DNA of 64,000 nucleotides from Eledone cirrhosa (lineage: Eukaryota): positions 8,680,001 to 8,744,000 of the forward strand of contig OZ024757.1 in NCBI GenBank assembly GCA_964016885.1, in the 5' to 3' direction. Below, one piece after another: positions 38,900 through 56,365 of the stretch. Position 1 is the stretch's first letter, and each line of letters starts with the position of its first letter. The notes beneath the pieces were generated by a model. That model ran no database searches. It was not told the origin of the DNA and saw nothing but the letters and a program-made list of their open reading frames with translations. The position numbers and the translations under genes were made by a program.

Positions 38900-41264
38900 G
38901 TGTGTGTGTGTGTATTTTATTATTTTTGTTAAGGTGAGAGAAGCTCTATTCACAATAAAATCCTCAGCTCATAAAACAGACGAATAAGACTTCTATAGTT
39001 AAGGTTCTTGTTATTGAGGACAGTTCAGGTGACAAGAGAATTAATATCCATAATTTCAAAAGATGAAGGTTAATATGTATACAGACATAGTGTGTAGGTA
39101 TGAGAGAGAGAAATAGACGTGTGTGTGTGTGTAGAAATATGTGTGTAAGTGTTGTAATAAACAAGATATTTCACTTCAGATAGAAAAGTTCACAATGTTT
39201 GTGTTGTGGTGGAAAACGAAATAATACGTACTTTAGTTGTCAAGACCAATAAAGATAAAATTTGATGAGGTTTAAGTTGTAACAATGGAGCTGATATAAA
39301 TGGTAATATTTCATTGTCTAGTTGACACCGGTGTCATGACTTTAAAGTCCCCCACATAATTTAATACATTCAGAAACAACTTCCGTTATATTACTTCACA
39401 CATTCAATCAATATGTTAGATCTTTATTCAGATTTGTATAAATAACATTATTAATTTTACATAGTTGTTTATATTAAAACAAAACACATTATTTAAGGTA
39501 ATAAAATATTTAAGAAATGGAAATGTAAAGTATTTTGTTAAACATAAATGTGGATATAAGTTGTAACGATGGAGCCATTGTAGATAACTTTCCACTGTCT
39601 AGTAGACACCGGTGTCATGACTTGAAAGTCCCCCACATAATTTAATACATTCAGACACAACTTCCCTTATATGAACTAGCAGAAAACTACCTTCCGGCGG
39701 TTTTCTGCTAGCATGTGTAGTGTGTATATTGATATTATACACAAGTATATATATACATGTAGATATGATACATCAAATAAAATCGTAATTGACAATATAT
39801 AATACACAGAAATTGAACGAAGACTGTGTTACACTGTCTTATGTAATCAGTAACGTAATCCATGATACATTAAAAAAGACGATATTATTCTAAACTGCAT
39901 TAGGAGAAGATTAGGGACAGAAAATTAATAGTTTATTGAAGTGATGGCCAACCGGAAGTGTTGACATTTCAGAAATTTTAAAGAAGTGAATCTTCAAATA
40001 AACAAAATATATTTAATCAACAGCCACGAAATTTAGTAGATAAATTATGTAATATTCATTCATTATTTATTCAAAGTAATCCAACTTATTTTACTAATGG
40101 GATAACAAATTATAAACCGTACGCAGTCCCACGCTCCTCCTTTTATTATAGTTTAGATTCATACGTTCAATAGATATGCTAGTACTTTATTCAGATTTGA
40201 ATGAATAACGTTATTAATTTCATATAACTTCATATTAAACCAAAACACATTATTAAAGGTAATAAAATATTTAAGTAATGGGGAAAAAAAAAAACGAATC
40301 AAACAACGAAAATAATTGTTTCTGTTTTAGGCACAAGTCCAGTAATTATCCTAGTGTATTACTGGTACTTTATTTTATCGACCTCGTAAAGTTAACCCTG
40401 GCGGGATTTGAACTCAGATCATAAAGGGAGGTAACTCTATGCTACAAAGCTTGGCGTCCGACGCTCTACCGATACTGCCAATCCAACGAAAATAATGGGA
40501 GAGGAACAGACTTTATATTTCAGTCTGAGCTGTGATTCAGCCCCACCCTACAGACAAAATGGCAAAGGTGTTACCACAGAGAATAGCCAGAGACCCCCCC
40601 ACTACAACATCCACCCCACCTCATGAGACTACTTCCTCAAGGGGGCTGCTGTCTTTCTAATTTTGAGGAGGAAATCAGCAGTGTGGGGACAAAGAGGAAG
40701 TGGTTTGTCAGGCCCCAGTATTTAACTATCTCCCTCTTCTCTCTGTTACAGGTAGTAAAACCTGGGATTGTGGCTGCAGGGAAAATGTTGGAGGCAGAGA
40801 ATGATCCAACCCATGCTAAACCTCCAACTAAAGCTGATACTTGTCTGTTTCAGCTGTGGAGATTAGAGACATGTGGAATGATGTGTCTTGCTTAAGGACA
40901 CAATGTACCTCCCTAACTGAGAATTGAAAACATGATATTACCATATGATGTATGACTTCACTATACAATATATATGTGTTTGTATACATATATATAGTAT
41001 ATATTTGTGTATACATTGTCTCATTCCATGAGAGTAACTTGGTCAGTCTATGAACTCCTCATCTGACCCTTCTATATGTATATACATGTTTGTCAGTGTG
41101 TGTGTACATATGTATATAGAATATTGTCACAACTACTATATACACCACATATACACTATATATAATATTGTCCAATATATATAGACTATATGTCATGTTG
41201 TCCAAGGGAAAGGCTGATATAGATCGGCACCAGTGACATTACAACTATTATATACACTATATAT

Positions 41265-42100
41265 CATCATCATCGTTATCATTTAACGACTGTCTTCCAC
41301 GTTAGCATGGGTTAGACGGGAATTTTCCCACTTGAGGCAAGATTGATCGGGTGACCGTGTCTCGCTCGTATAGGACTGTATCTGGCAGGTTTTCTAAGGC
41401 TGGATGCCCTTCCTAACACCAATCACATTTCCAGTGTGGACTGGGAGTCTTTTTGTGATGACACCTACACTACCTCTTTAGTTTGGACTGGATGTTGTGG
41501 TACCAACATAACTTTACAGAGACAGGCTTGTGCTGGTGGGAGTGGGAGGATGGAGTAGGGCGTGTGGGTTGGGGTGTATATTTGGTTAGGAGGGGCCTAC
41601 TGACTGTAGGTTAACTTTGCACGTATGGAAGGCAGGTCTTCTCTGTTACTGTGTGGCACCATAGATCTCGATCCAGTGACATTGTCTAAGAGAGGTGTAA
41701 GTGTGCAAGGTTGGATTTTATGTCATCCCAGGTTTTTCTGGGTCTACCTACTCCATAACTTCCATCAATTTTGATATCCCTGCACTTTTTTTTTAAGATG
41801 TCATCTTTCATGCGCATCACATGACCATACCAACGTAATCTTCTCTCAAGTAAACAGCATCTGATCCCTCTTATTCCTAATTCTCACTTAGTTTGTTTAT
41901 GTTTTGCCGTTCATGTATATTACAATTACACGTCCAACAGAGCATGCATGCTTCGTTCCTTTCCAATCTGTGCAGGTCCTCTGCACACAATGCCCATGTC
42001 TCACTGCCATGTAACATTGCTGTTCGTATGCACGCATCATACAACCTGCCTTTCATTTTTAGAGAAACTTTTTGTGTCCAGCAGCGGTATTAGCTCATTG
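41265..42100 (-). mobile_element. 5'-truncated RTE LINE
   Basis: Paralogue of 7780-8610 with the same breakpoint. Confidence 0.85.
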
Positions 42101-42101
42101 T

Positions 42102-43010
42102 GACATGTGAGAGAAACCATTCTCTTTGAATGTTACATTAACTACACACAAACATATACATAAAGCTCGGAAGCCATATCACTTTGATATATTTGGTAAA
42201 TCTTTCTCTAAATGTTGTGGCTTCACTAGACACTAACATATACAGGAGAGGAACTATATCACTGTGATGTCTGTGGTAAATGCTTCTCTAAATTCTGTGA
42301 CTTTACTACACACTAACATATACAGGAGAGGAACCATATCACTGTGGTATCTGTGGTACCTCACTCTCTAAATGTTGTGGCTTCACTACACACTAACATA
42401 TACAGGAGAGGAACTATATCACTGTGATATCTGTGGTACCTCACTCTCTAAAAGTTGTGGCTTCACTACATACTAACATATACAGGAGAGGAACCATATC
42501 ACTGTGATGTCTGTGGTACCTCACTCTCTAAATTCTGTGACTTTACTACACACTAACATATACAGGAGAGGAACCATATCACTGTGGTGTCTGTGGTACC
42601 TCACTCTCTAAATGTTGTGGCTTCACTACACACTAACATATACAGGAGAGGAACTATATCACTGTGATATCTGTGGTACCTCACTCTCTAAATGTTGTGG
42701 CTTCACTACACACTAACATATACAGGTGAGGAACCATATCACTGTGATATCTGCGGTACCTCACTCTCTAAATGTTGTGGCTTCACTACACACTAACATA
42801 TACAGGAGAGGAACTATATCACTGTGATATCTGTGGTACCTCACTCTCTAAATGTTGTGGCTTCACTACATACTAACATATACAGGAGAGGAACCATATC
42901 ATTATGATGTCTGTGGTACCTCACTCTCTAAATGTTGTGGCTTCACTACACACTAACATATACAGGAGAGGAACCATATCACTGTGATGTCTCTGGTACC
43001 TCACTCTCTA
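42102..43010 (+). repeat. 80-bp finger-derived tandem repeat, 10 units plus a degenerate leading finger
   Basis: aacata recurs from 42235 to 42955 at 80-bp spacing. Confidence 0.9.
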
Positions 43011-43420
43011 AAATTTGTTTGCTTTTAAGAAGCCACTGGTAAATGAAATAATTGCCTTATGTTGTTTATTACATAACTATTAAGCTCTGTTACCTACATA
43101 GAGCACTCTTTTTTCCTGGACTTTTCCGACGGAATTACTTCACATATATATATATAAACGAAAAAAATGAAACAAAATTTCATTTCCCACTCTTAGTACG
43201 GTTGTTACTTAAATATAAGTATGTATACGTACATACATATATGTATACAGACGTACAGTAGTATGTATATATATATACATACATGCACACATATATATAT
43301 GTACGTATGGATTCACCAAACATTCATTACAATGCTCAGTGTGTTTGTAAACAAACATCCCGAATTAAGCCGTAGTGTCCAGCAACCATCGTTGCTCGTT
43401 TGTTCAACAGTGACAAAGGA

Positions 43421-43463
43421 ACGCTGTACTAATTTCAAGCTTGTTAGCTATCGTCAGCAACGT
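43421..43463 (-). ncRNA. Hammerhead motif (family C), with stem III mutated (GAAATTAGTA)
   Basis: Paralogue of 9715-9757 within element ~43175-43570. Confidence 0.55.
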
Positions 43464-43732
43464 ATACCCTCCTGCTGATATGCAAATTGGGCTACTCAGC
43501 CGTTAATATGCATAAGGAAATTATATACTTTCGGACGTTCAACCATCTGGCAGGAAGGTATACGTTGCAATTTGTATATAATAGGGGTTAATTTGAAGCA
43601 GAAAATGTTGGGGACCACTTAAGACAACAAATCGTCCTTTTTATTTAATAACAATTATTATTATTATCATATATATATATATTTTAGTCTTCAAATTTAT
43701 TATTATTTCTATATATATATATAGTACAAATG

Positions 43733-43980
43733 AGGTCGTGTAGGTGTCACGACAAAAAAAAAACACACAGTCCACGCTGTAATGTGCCCGTGTAGGTAAC
43801 ATGGTAAAAACCTCCAGTTCCACACTGTAAATGTGGTTGGTGTTAGGAAGGGCATCCAGCTGTAGAAAACCCGCCAGACAGTCCTATGTGAGCAAGACAA
43901 CCACTCTTGCCTCAAGTGGGAAAACTCCTGTCCAAACCCATGCAAGCGTGGAATATGGACGTTAAACGATGATGATGATA
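43733..43980 (+). mobile_element. RTE 3' UTR fragment
   Basis: Reverse complement of 47116-47370; (gat)n tail. Confidence 0.8.
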
Positions 43981-44136
43981 GTAATAATAATAAATTTGAA
44001 GACTAAAATTCAAAGAGAGCTCGATAAGGATAAATATATAAGAACCGTAGAGCAAATATTTATTAAAATTTTTTCAGAAGATCCCATTAAGGGTGAAAGC
44101 AGCGATTCTTTGCTTAAACTTTAATCTGTTATTTTA

Positions 44137-44174
<38 letters not shown>

Positions 44175-44179
<5 letters not shown>

Positions 44180-44445
44180 GAGGTTATATTTAATTTGTTG
44201 GGATTCAACAAGCTTAAACATTTTCATAACTGATATAAAGCACTCAACACTTAGTGGTGTAACTACACAATATATTACTAAATGGAAACTATATTTATAA
44301 AACCATATTTATTTTATTATACATATTTCAAGGGCCACTATGTCTTTTAGAGAAGAGATAGATCCTAAAGAATGTGGCCCTTGAAATATGTATAATAAAA
44401 TAAATATGGTTTTATAAATATAGTTTCCATTTAGTAATATATTGT
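44175..44445. mobile_element. Inverted pair of family-A ends truncated within hammerhead stem II
   Basis: Arms ~44268-44338 / 44375-44445 contain GAAATATGTATAATAAAATA but no CTGANGA. Flanked by (TA)n on both sides. Confidence 0.65.
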
Positions 44446-44722
44446 ATATATATATATATATACAATTATGCTGAAAGAATAACCATGTTGCTTGTGTTTC
44501 TTTCCATCTTCGGTTAGCTTTCCCCTGTGTTGTTTACTTGTCTCACTCGCTTTACGCGTTTCAATTGTCCTAATAACTTATTTTAGTTATTTTCTCACCA
44601 ATGTCAGGTATATGATTTTTAATGCGATGAAATACCAATGATCGTTGGCAAATCACTGATGAGGGACTCATTTTATAACATGTTATCCATGTGCAACCAT
44701 GCAGTATTCTTCTCCCCATTTT

Positions 44723-44761
<39 letters not shown>

Positions 44762-44766
<5 letters not shown>

Positions 44767-45090
44767 AAAAAGAGATGAAATCGAAAATGCAACTGAAGTC
44801 TTATTTTTTTTTTAAATATATATATTTATTTGGTTCCTTTACCGGTTTCGCAGTTCTTCTGCTTTTCAAAAGGTGAGTTGAGATGGAGGGTCTGTGGTTT
44901 TTCACACATCTGGTTGGTCTCTGAATGTTACTTGTTTTATATGGAAAAAGTGGCTGGTACATTACTGGTACTTTAAAAAAAATAAGACTTCAGTTGCATT
45001 TTCGATTTCATCTCTTTTTCTTTATACTTTCACTCGTGTAGGACACCTCGGTTATTTTTCATTTTGTAAAAAAAACCCTCGCTTTCTAAT
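44762..45090. mobile_element. Family-D element with inverted ends; variant hammerhead on the minus strand at ~44835-44872
   Basis: Minus strand: CCTT TTGAAAA GCAG-aagaa-CTGC GAAA CCGG TA AAGG. Flanked by (TA)n. Confidence 0.55.
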
Positions 45091-45876
45091 ATATATATAT
45101 ATATATATATATGAAAGACGTAAAATAAGAAAATTATAAAATTTAACTTAAAAAAGAGTGAAATTTAGTAAGTAAGTTAATTTTTATAATTTTCTTATTT
45201 TACGTCTTTCATATAATTGTTCTGCATCCCCTTGCATTGAACCACAAAGTTACTAAGACAAAACCTATATATTTGCTAGCATAGGTATGCATCTGTATAT
45301 ATATGTTGGTAGATATACTAATTCTTTATATATATATATATATGTATGTATATATACACACATATATATATATATGTGTGTGTGTGTGTATGTGTGTGTG
45401 TACCCCTCATTCCGTTTTTAAAAATACACTCGTTGAACCACGTCATCCCCGTGGCAACACGTGGTTCAAATGCAACACGTGGTTAAAATGATTTGCAGAT
45501 TTGCATTTGCTGTGTAAACGCACATGGTTATCTTCTTCTCCTTTGGTGAATATCCAAATATTTAACTGCTGTGATTTACGGATTAATAGGTGAAATATAT
45601 TTCTTACTTAAAGAAATATATACAAAGGAGATTAATCATTTTAAAAGGTATCTATATTTGAAGTTCTAGTTAAACTTTAATTAGTTACCTACCTAGCTAT
45701 GTGTGCCTACATTCTTTACAAATTATTCCCTGTGATTGTTTCATGTATTTATTATATATATATATATGTCAATCTATTTCTAGTTGATATGTAATGCTCG
45801 GATTTAATCTTTGAGCTTATTCTACGGTGGATATGGCGCATGTCTCTCAGACATGACAACCCTTAATTTTAATTTT

Positions 45877-45947
<71 letters not shown>

Positions 45948-46149
45948 CATATAACATATGTATATATACATATATACATATAACATATATATATACATAT
46001 ATATATATATAAATATGTAGGAGGTTGGTTTTAGGAAGGGCATCCAGCTGTAGAAATCAATCCAGAATCAGTTCCTATCCTACCCCTGCAAACAGGGAAA
46101 AATGGACGTAAATTGATGATGATGATGATGATACATATATATATATATA

Positions 46150-46498
46150 TAGAAAAAAAGATGAAATCGAAAATGCAACTGGAGTCTTATTTAAAAAAAT
46201 ATATATATTTATTTGGTTCCTTTACCAGTTTCGCAGTTCTTCTGCCTTTCAAAAGTAGAGTTGAGATGGAGGGTGTGTGGTTTTTCTCATGTGAGGAAAA
46301 CCACAGACCCTCCATCTCAACTCTACTTTTGAAAAGCAGAAGAACTGCGAAACCGGTAAAGAACCAAATAAATATATATATTTTATTAAAAATAAGACTC
46401 CAGTTGCATTTTCGATTTCATCTTTTTTTCTTTATACTTTCTCTCGTGTAGAACACCTCGATTATTTTTCATTTTGTAAAATAAAACATCACTTTCTA

Positions 46499-46500
<2 letters not shown>
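46150..46500. mobile_element. Family-D palindrome (~140-bp arms, centre ~46290) with variant hammerheads
   Basis: Plus arm 46326-46361 reads CTT TTGAAAA GCAGaagaaCTGC GAAA CCGG TA AAG. (TA)n on both sides. Confidence 0.6.
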
Positions 46501-46544
<44 letters not shown>

Positions 46545-47115
46545 GCTCTCATGCATACACACGTATACACACATTCATATATATATATTTATATAGTAAA
46601 GCACTTTACTATTAGGATTATATATATCTATATATGTTGCCTTGGCTGCTATTTCTAGCGCTCAAATTAAAACCGGAAGTGGACAAGGTGAAAAGGTTAG
46701 CTAAAATTCAGTCTCAACTTTTTAAACAATAGATTTTTTTATGTCAACAAACGGAGAATATTTGGCAAGAAAGATAACTCTTGTCTTACTTAAAGCCGGA
46801 AATTGAGTTAAAAATTTTGCGGGTCTGCAGTTTATATAAACCTTCTTATTTGGTCTTGTTAACTGGCATTTGACTGCTGTTTCCAGCATATATTAATAGA
46901 CACTTTAGAAATAGCAGCCAAAAGTCAGCTAACAACACTATAGGAAACACCAGAAAGAAGGACTCATGCACACACACACACACATATATATATAAATGTA
47001 CATGAGTGTGTGTGTGTATATATATATATACATGTACACACACACAGACGTGTGTGTGCGTTTATATATATATATACAAACACACACACACAAATATATT
47101 AATATATGTGCGTAT

Positions 47116-49531
47116 ATCATCATCATCATCGTTTAACGTCCATGTTCCACGCTTGCATGGGTTTGGACGGGAGTTTTCCCACTTGAGGCAAGAGTGGTTG
47201 TCTTGCTCGCATAGGAGTGTCTGGCGGGTTTTCTACAGCTGGATGCCCTTCCTAACACCAACCACATTTACAGTGTGGGGCTGGGAGGTTTTTCCCGTGT
47301 TGCCTAACTGGCCACATTACAGCGTGGACTGTGTGTTTTTTTGTCGTGACACCTACACGATCTCATTTGTTTCGGTCTGGATGCTGTGGCACCAACATAA
47401 CTTTACATTGAAAGGGGCGGTGTGGATGAGGTGGGGATGGTGGGACGGGGTTGTATTTTGTTAGAGATGCCTACTGACTGTAGTAGGTTTTACTTTGTAT
47501 TTAGGTAAGGCGGGTCTTCTCTATTACCGAGTACCGCTAAAGGTCTCGGTCCAGTGACATTGTCTTGGAGAGGTGTAAGTGTGTGAGGTCAGAGTTTATC
47601 AGCTCGTCCCAGGTTTTTCTAGGTCTGCCTATTCCGTGGCTACCGTCTATCTTTATTGCCCTGCACTTTGTTATACAGCTATCGTCTTTCATGCGCATCA
47701 CGTGACCATACCAACGTAGCCTTCTCTCGTGTAAACAACATCTGATCCCCCTTATTTCTAATTTTTTCCTTAGTTCGTTTATGCTTTGCCGTTCACGTAT
47801 ATTACTATTACACATCCAGCGGAGCATGCAAGCTTCGTTTCTCTCTAGTCTGCGTATATCCTCTGCACACAATGCCCAGGTCTCACTGCCATGCAACATT
47901 GCTGTTCGTATGCAGGCATCATACAACCTGGCTTTCATTTTTAGGGAGAACCCTTTAGCGGCTAATAGTGGTATAAGCTCTCTGAACTTTTTTCATCCAG
48001 TTCTGACTCTAGCTGCTGTACTTTCAGAGCACCTTCCCCCACTGCTGATTTTGTCACCCAGGTAACAGAAGCTGTCCACTATTTCTATAGAACCCTCTGC
48101 GCAGTTGAAAGAGCTAGTATTTAGTGGGCACTTGCTGCTACTTATTGCACCAGAGCACCGGCCACATGTAAAATCTATGTTCTTAGTTAGCTTACCTGTG
48201 ATCCCACTACATCTTTTATGCACCCATACTTTGCATTTGGGACACAAAATGGAATTTCTACCTACGCCTTTCCTACACACTGAGCATGGCCACTTCCCGG
48301 AAGGGACCGCCGCCTTATTTTCTTTCTTACAAACTATAACTTTAGTCTTAGCCAGGTTAATTTTAAGGCCTTTTGATTCTAGGCCGTGCTTCCATGTTTG
48401 GTATTTCTTCTCTAGCTCGGCCATTGATTCAGCTATGAGTGTTAGGTCATCTGCGTATAGGAGTTCCCATGGGCAACCGGTCTTGAACTCCTCTGTTATA
48501 GCCTGAAGGGCAATAATAAATAGTAGGGGGCTAAGAACAGAGCCCTGATGGACGCCAACTTTTACGCTAAACTCTTCACTATATTCGTTGTTAATTCTAA
48601 CCTTGCTGACTGTTTCTTTATACATGGCTTGTATAGCTCTCACAAGCCATTCGTCAACACAGAGTTTTCTAAGAGCGCACCAGATAATGGAACGGGGGAC
48701 TCTGGCGAAGGCTTTCTCCAAGTCGACAAAAGCTAAGTATAGGGGTTTACTTTTAGCTAGGTACTTCTCCCGTAGTTGTCGTACAATGAAAAGAGCGTCT
48801 GTGGTACTTTTGCCTGACACAAACCCGAACTGCATTTCATCTCGATCAATTCTCTCTCTGATTAGTTGCACTATTACTTTTTCCGTGACCTTCATGACCT
48901 GGTCGATTAATTTAATGCCTCTATAGTTACTCCTATCTAGGGCATCTCCTTTACCCTTATAACAGTTAACGAGTATGCTGCTATGCCAGTCCTTTGGAAG
49001 AACCCCATTCTGTACGACTTGGTTAACTATCCGGGTGACCATGGTGTGTCCCACCATACCAGATGCCTTCAGCATCTCGGCAACTATTTCCGAAGGCCCA
49101 GCCGCCTTGCCCGTCTTCATATCTTTGATTGCCTTACTTATTATACTACCCTCGACTAACACTGCTGGTCCCTCTATTGGGTCGATGTGGGGGGAGACTG
49201 TCTTTCTCCCATTTATACTCCTCATTTAGTAGCCTTTCATAGTGACACTTCCAAGCTACCTTCTTATCAGCGTCGGTGATGGCAAGTACGCCGTCATCAT
49301 TAAGTACACACTTCTCCCCGACAATATCACAGTTTTCCTTGACACATTGCCTAGCAATCCTGAACACCTCACGATTTTGGTCCTCGCGTTGTAGGACATG
49401 CTTGAAGTTTCTTTCCTCTGCTTCCCTTCTTGCGAAGTACACTTGTCTCCTAGCTTCCCTCCTGGCCACTTGATAGTCTTCTCTGCTTCCCCCATCCCGC
49501 CATACTTTCCAAGCCTGCTTTTTGGCCTTAA
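47116..49531 (-). mobile_element. Young 5'-truncated RTE LINE (RT plus 3' UTR)
   Basis: ORFs 49146..49469, 47993..49225 and 47537..47938 join into one RT interrupted by one frameshift and two Trp-to-stop changes. (ATG)n tail at ~47116-47130. Confidence 0.95.
47993..49225 (-). CDS. RTE reverse transcriptase fragment with an embedded PHD-type finger
   Basis: NYRGIKL, QFGF, FVDLEKAFARV, GVHQGSVLSPLLF and LYADD motifs, followed by CSVC..CPKC..HKRC..CGRC. Confidence 0.9.
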   Translation of the reverse strand: MRSINGRKTVSPHIDPIEGPAVLVEGSIISKAIKDMKTGKAAGPSEIVAEMLKASGMVGHTMVTRIVNQVVQNGVLPKDWHSSILVNCYKGKGDALDRSNYRGIKLIDQVMKVTEKVIVQLIRERIDRDEMQFGFVSGKSTTDALFIVRQLREKYLAKSKPLYLAFVDLEKAFARVPRSIIWCALRKLCVDEWLVRAIQAMYKETVSKVRINNEYSEEFSVKVGVHQGSVLSPLLFIIALQAITEEFKTGCPWELLYADDLTLIAESMAELEKKYQTWKHGLESKGLKINLAKTKVIVCKKENKAAVPSGKWPCSVCRKGVGRNSILCPKCKVWVHKRCSGITGKLTKNIDFTCGRCSGAISSSKCPLNTSSFNCAEGSIEIVDSFCYLGDKISSGGRCSESTAARVRTG

Positions 49532-50859
49532 TTGATACATATAAATACTATGTATATGTATACATATAAATACTATGTATACATTATATATATACATATA
49601 AATACTATGTATATAGTGTATGTGCTAACATATACACAATATATACACTATATATTTACATTTAAATACTATGTATATAGAGTATGTGCTACATATACAC
49701 AATATATACACTATATATAATCATATAAATAATATGTACGGGCTACATATACACAATATATTCACTATATATAAATACTGCATATATAGAGTATATGCTA
49801 CATATAGACAATATATAAACTATATATATACTACATACACATTATATATAACGTTGTCCAAGGGAATAGCTGAAACAGCTTGGCACCAATGACATCATAG
49901 ATCATCATTTAATGTCTACTTTCCCTGCTAGCAAGGGTGGGACAGGTCTTTACAAACCAGGTTGCATATGGTCCCACATTCTACTGAGTGTATTTTATTG
50001 TGGCACCAGTACTAAAGAGGTTGTCATGTCTTTGACAGAACTGAAGGGTCCTACCAAACCCTTGTTTGGCAAGAGAAGAAATTTGTAAAGTATTTTCAAA
50101 TGTGAATTATTTCAAAAAAAAAGTCATAATTTCAACTGTCATGAAAGTACCATCTACAAATATTAAAGTTATAAAATTGTTTTTATTTACACATAAATGT
50201 GGATATTTTGTCATAAATATAAACATAAACCAGTTAGTGTTTGTAAAATAAACACATATAAACACATCAATCTTGTTTTGTTTTTCTTGCACTGATGGAG
50301 TCATAGGGGTGTCACTGTGGACATTTGAAGCTTGGTGGAGCCCTTCACTCACCAGGTTAGAACAGGTGATTTCTTCCAGAGAATGAGAGAGAGGAAGTGA
50401 GAAAGAAATATAGGGAGGAAGAACAGACTCCTGTGGTAGACTGGTACTTTTTCGTTATCAACCTTGAATGGATGAAAGGCAAAGTTGACCTCAGCAGGAT
50501 TTAAACTCAGAGAGCAGAGAACCAGAACAAATATGGCAGAAAGCATTCCATCCATTGTTTTATAGACTTTAAATAAATGTTTCTACTTTTAACTCAACCC
50601 CAGTGCATTACTGGTACTTTATTTTACTGAACCTGTAAGAAAGGTAAAGCTAACCTCAGTAGGATTTTAACACAGAATGTAAAGGGATGTAACTATATGA
50701 CACAAAGCATATCGTCTGACACTCTACTGATTCTGCCAATCCACCACCATCACCAATAAAATAAGATTGTGTCTCTATAAGAAACCTTAATGACAAATAT
50801 GAAGTAGAACATTCTACAGAGTGTATTTGTGGATTACAATACAAAACCTGAGAATAATT

Positions 50860-56365
<5,506 letters not shown>

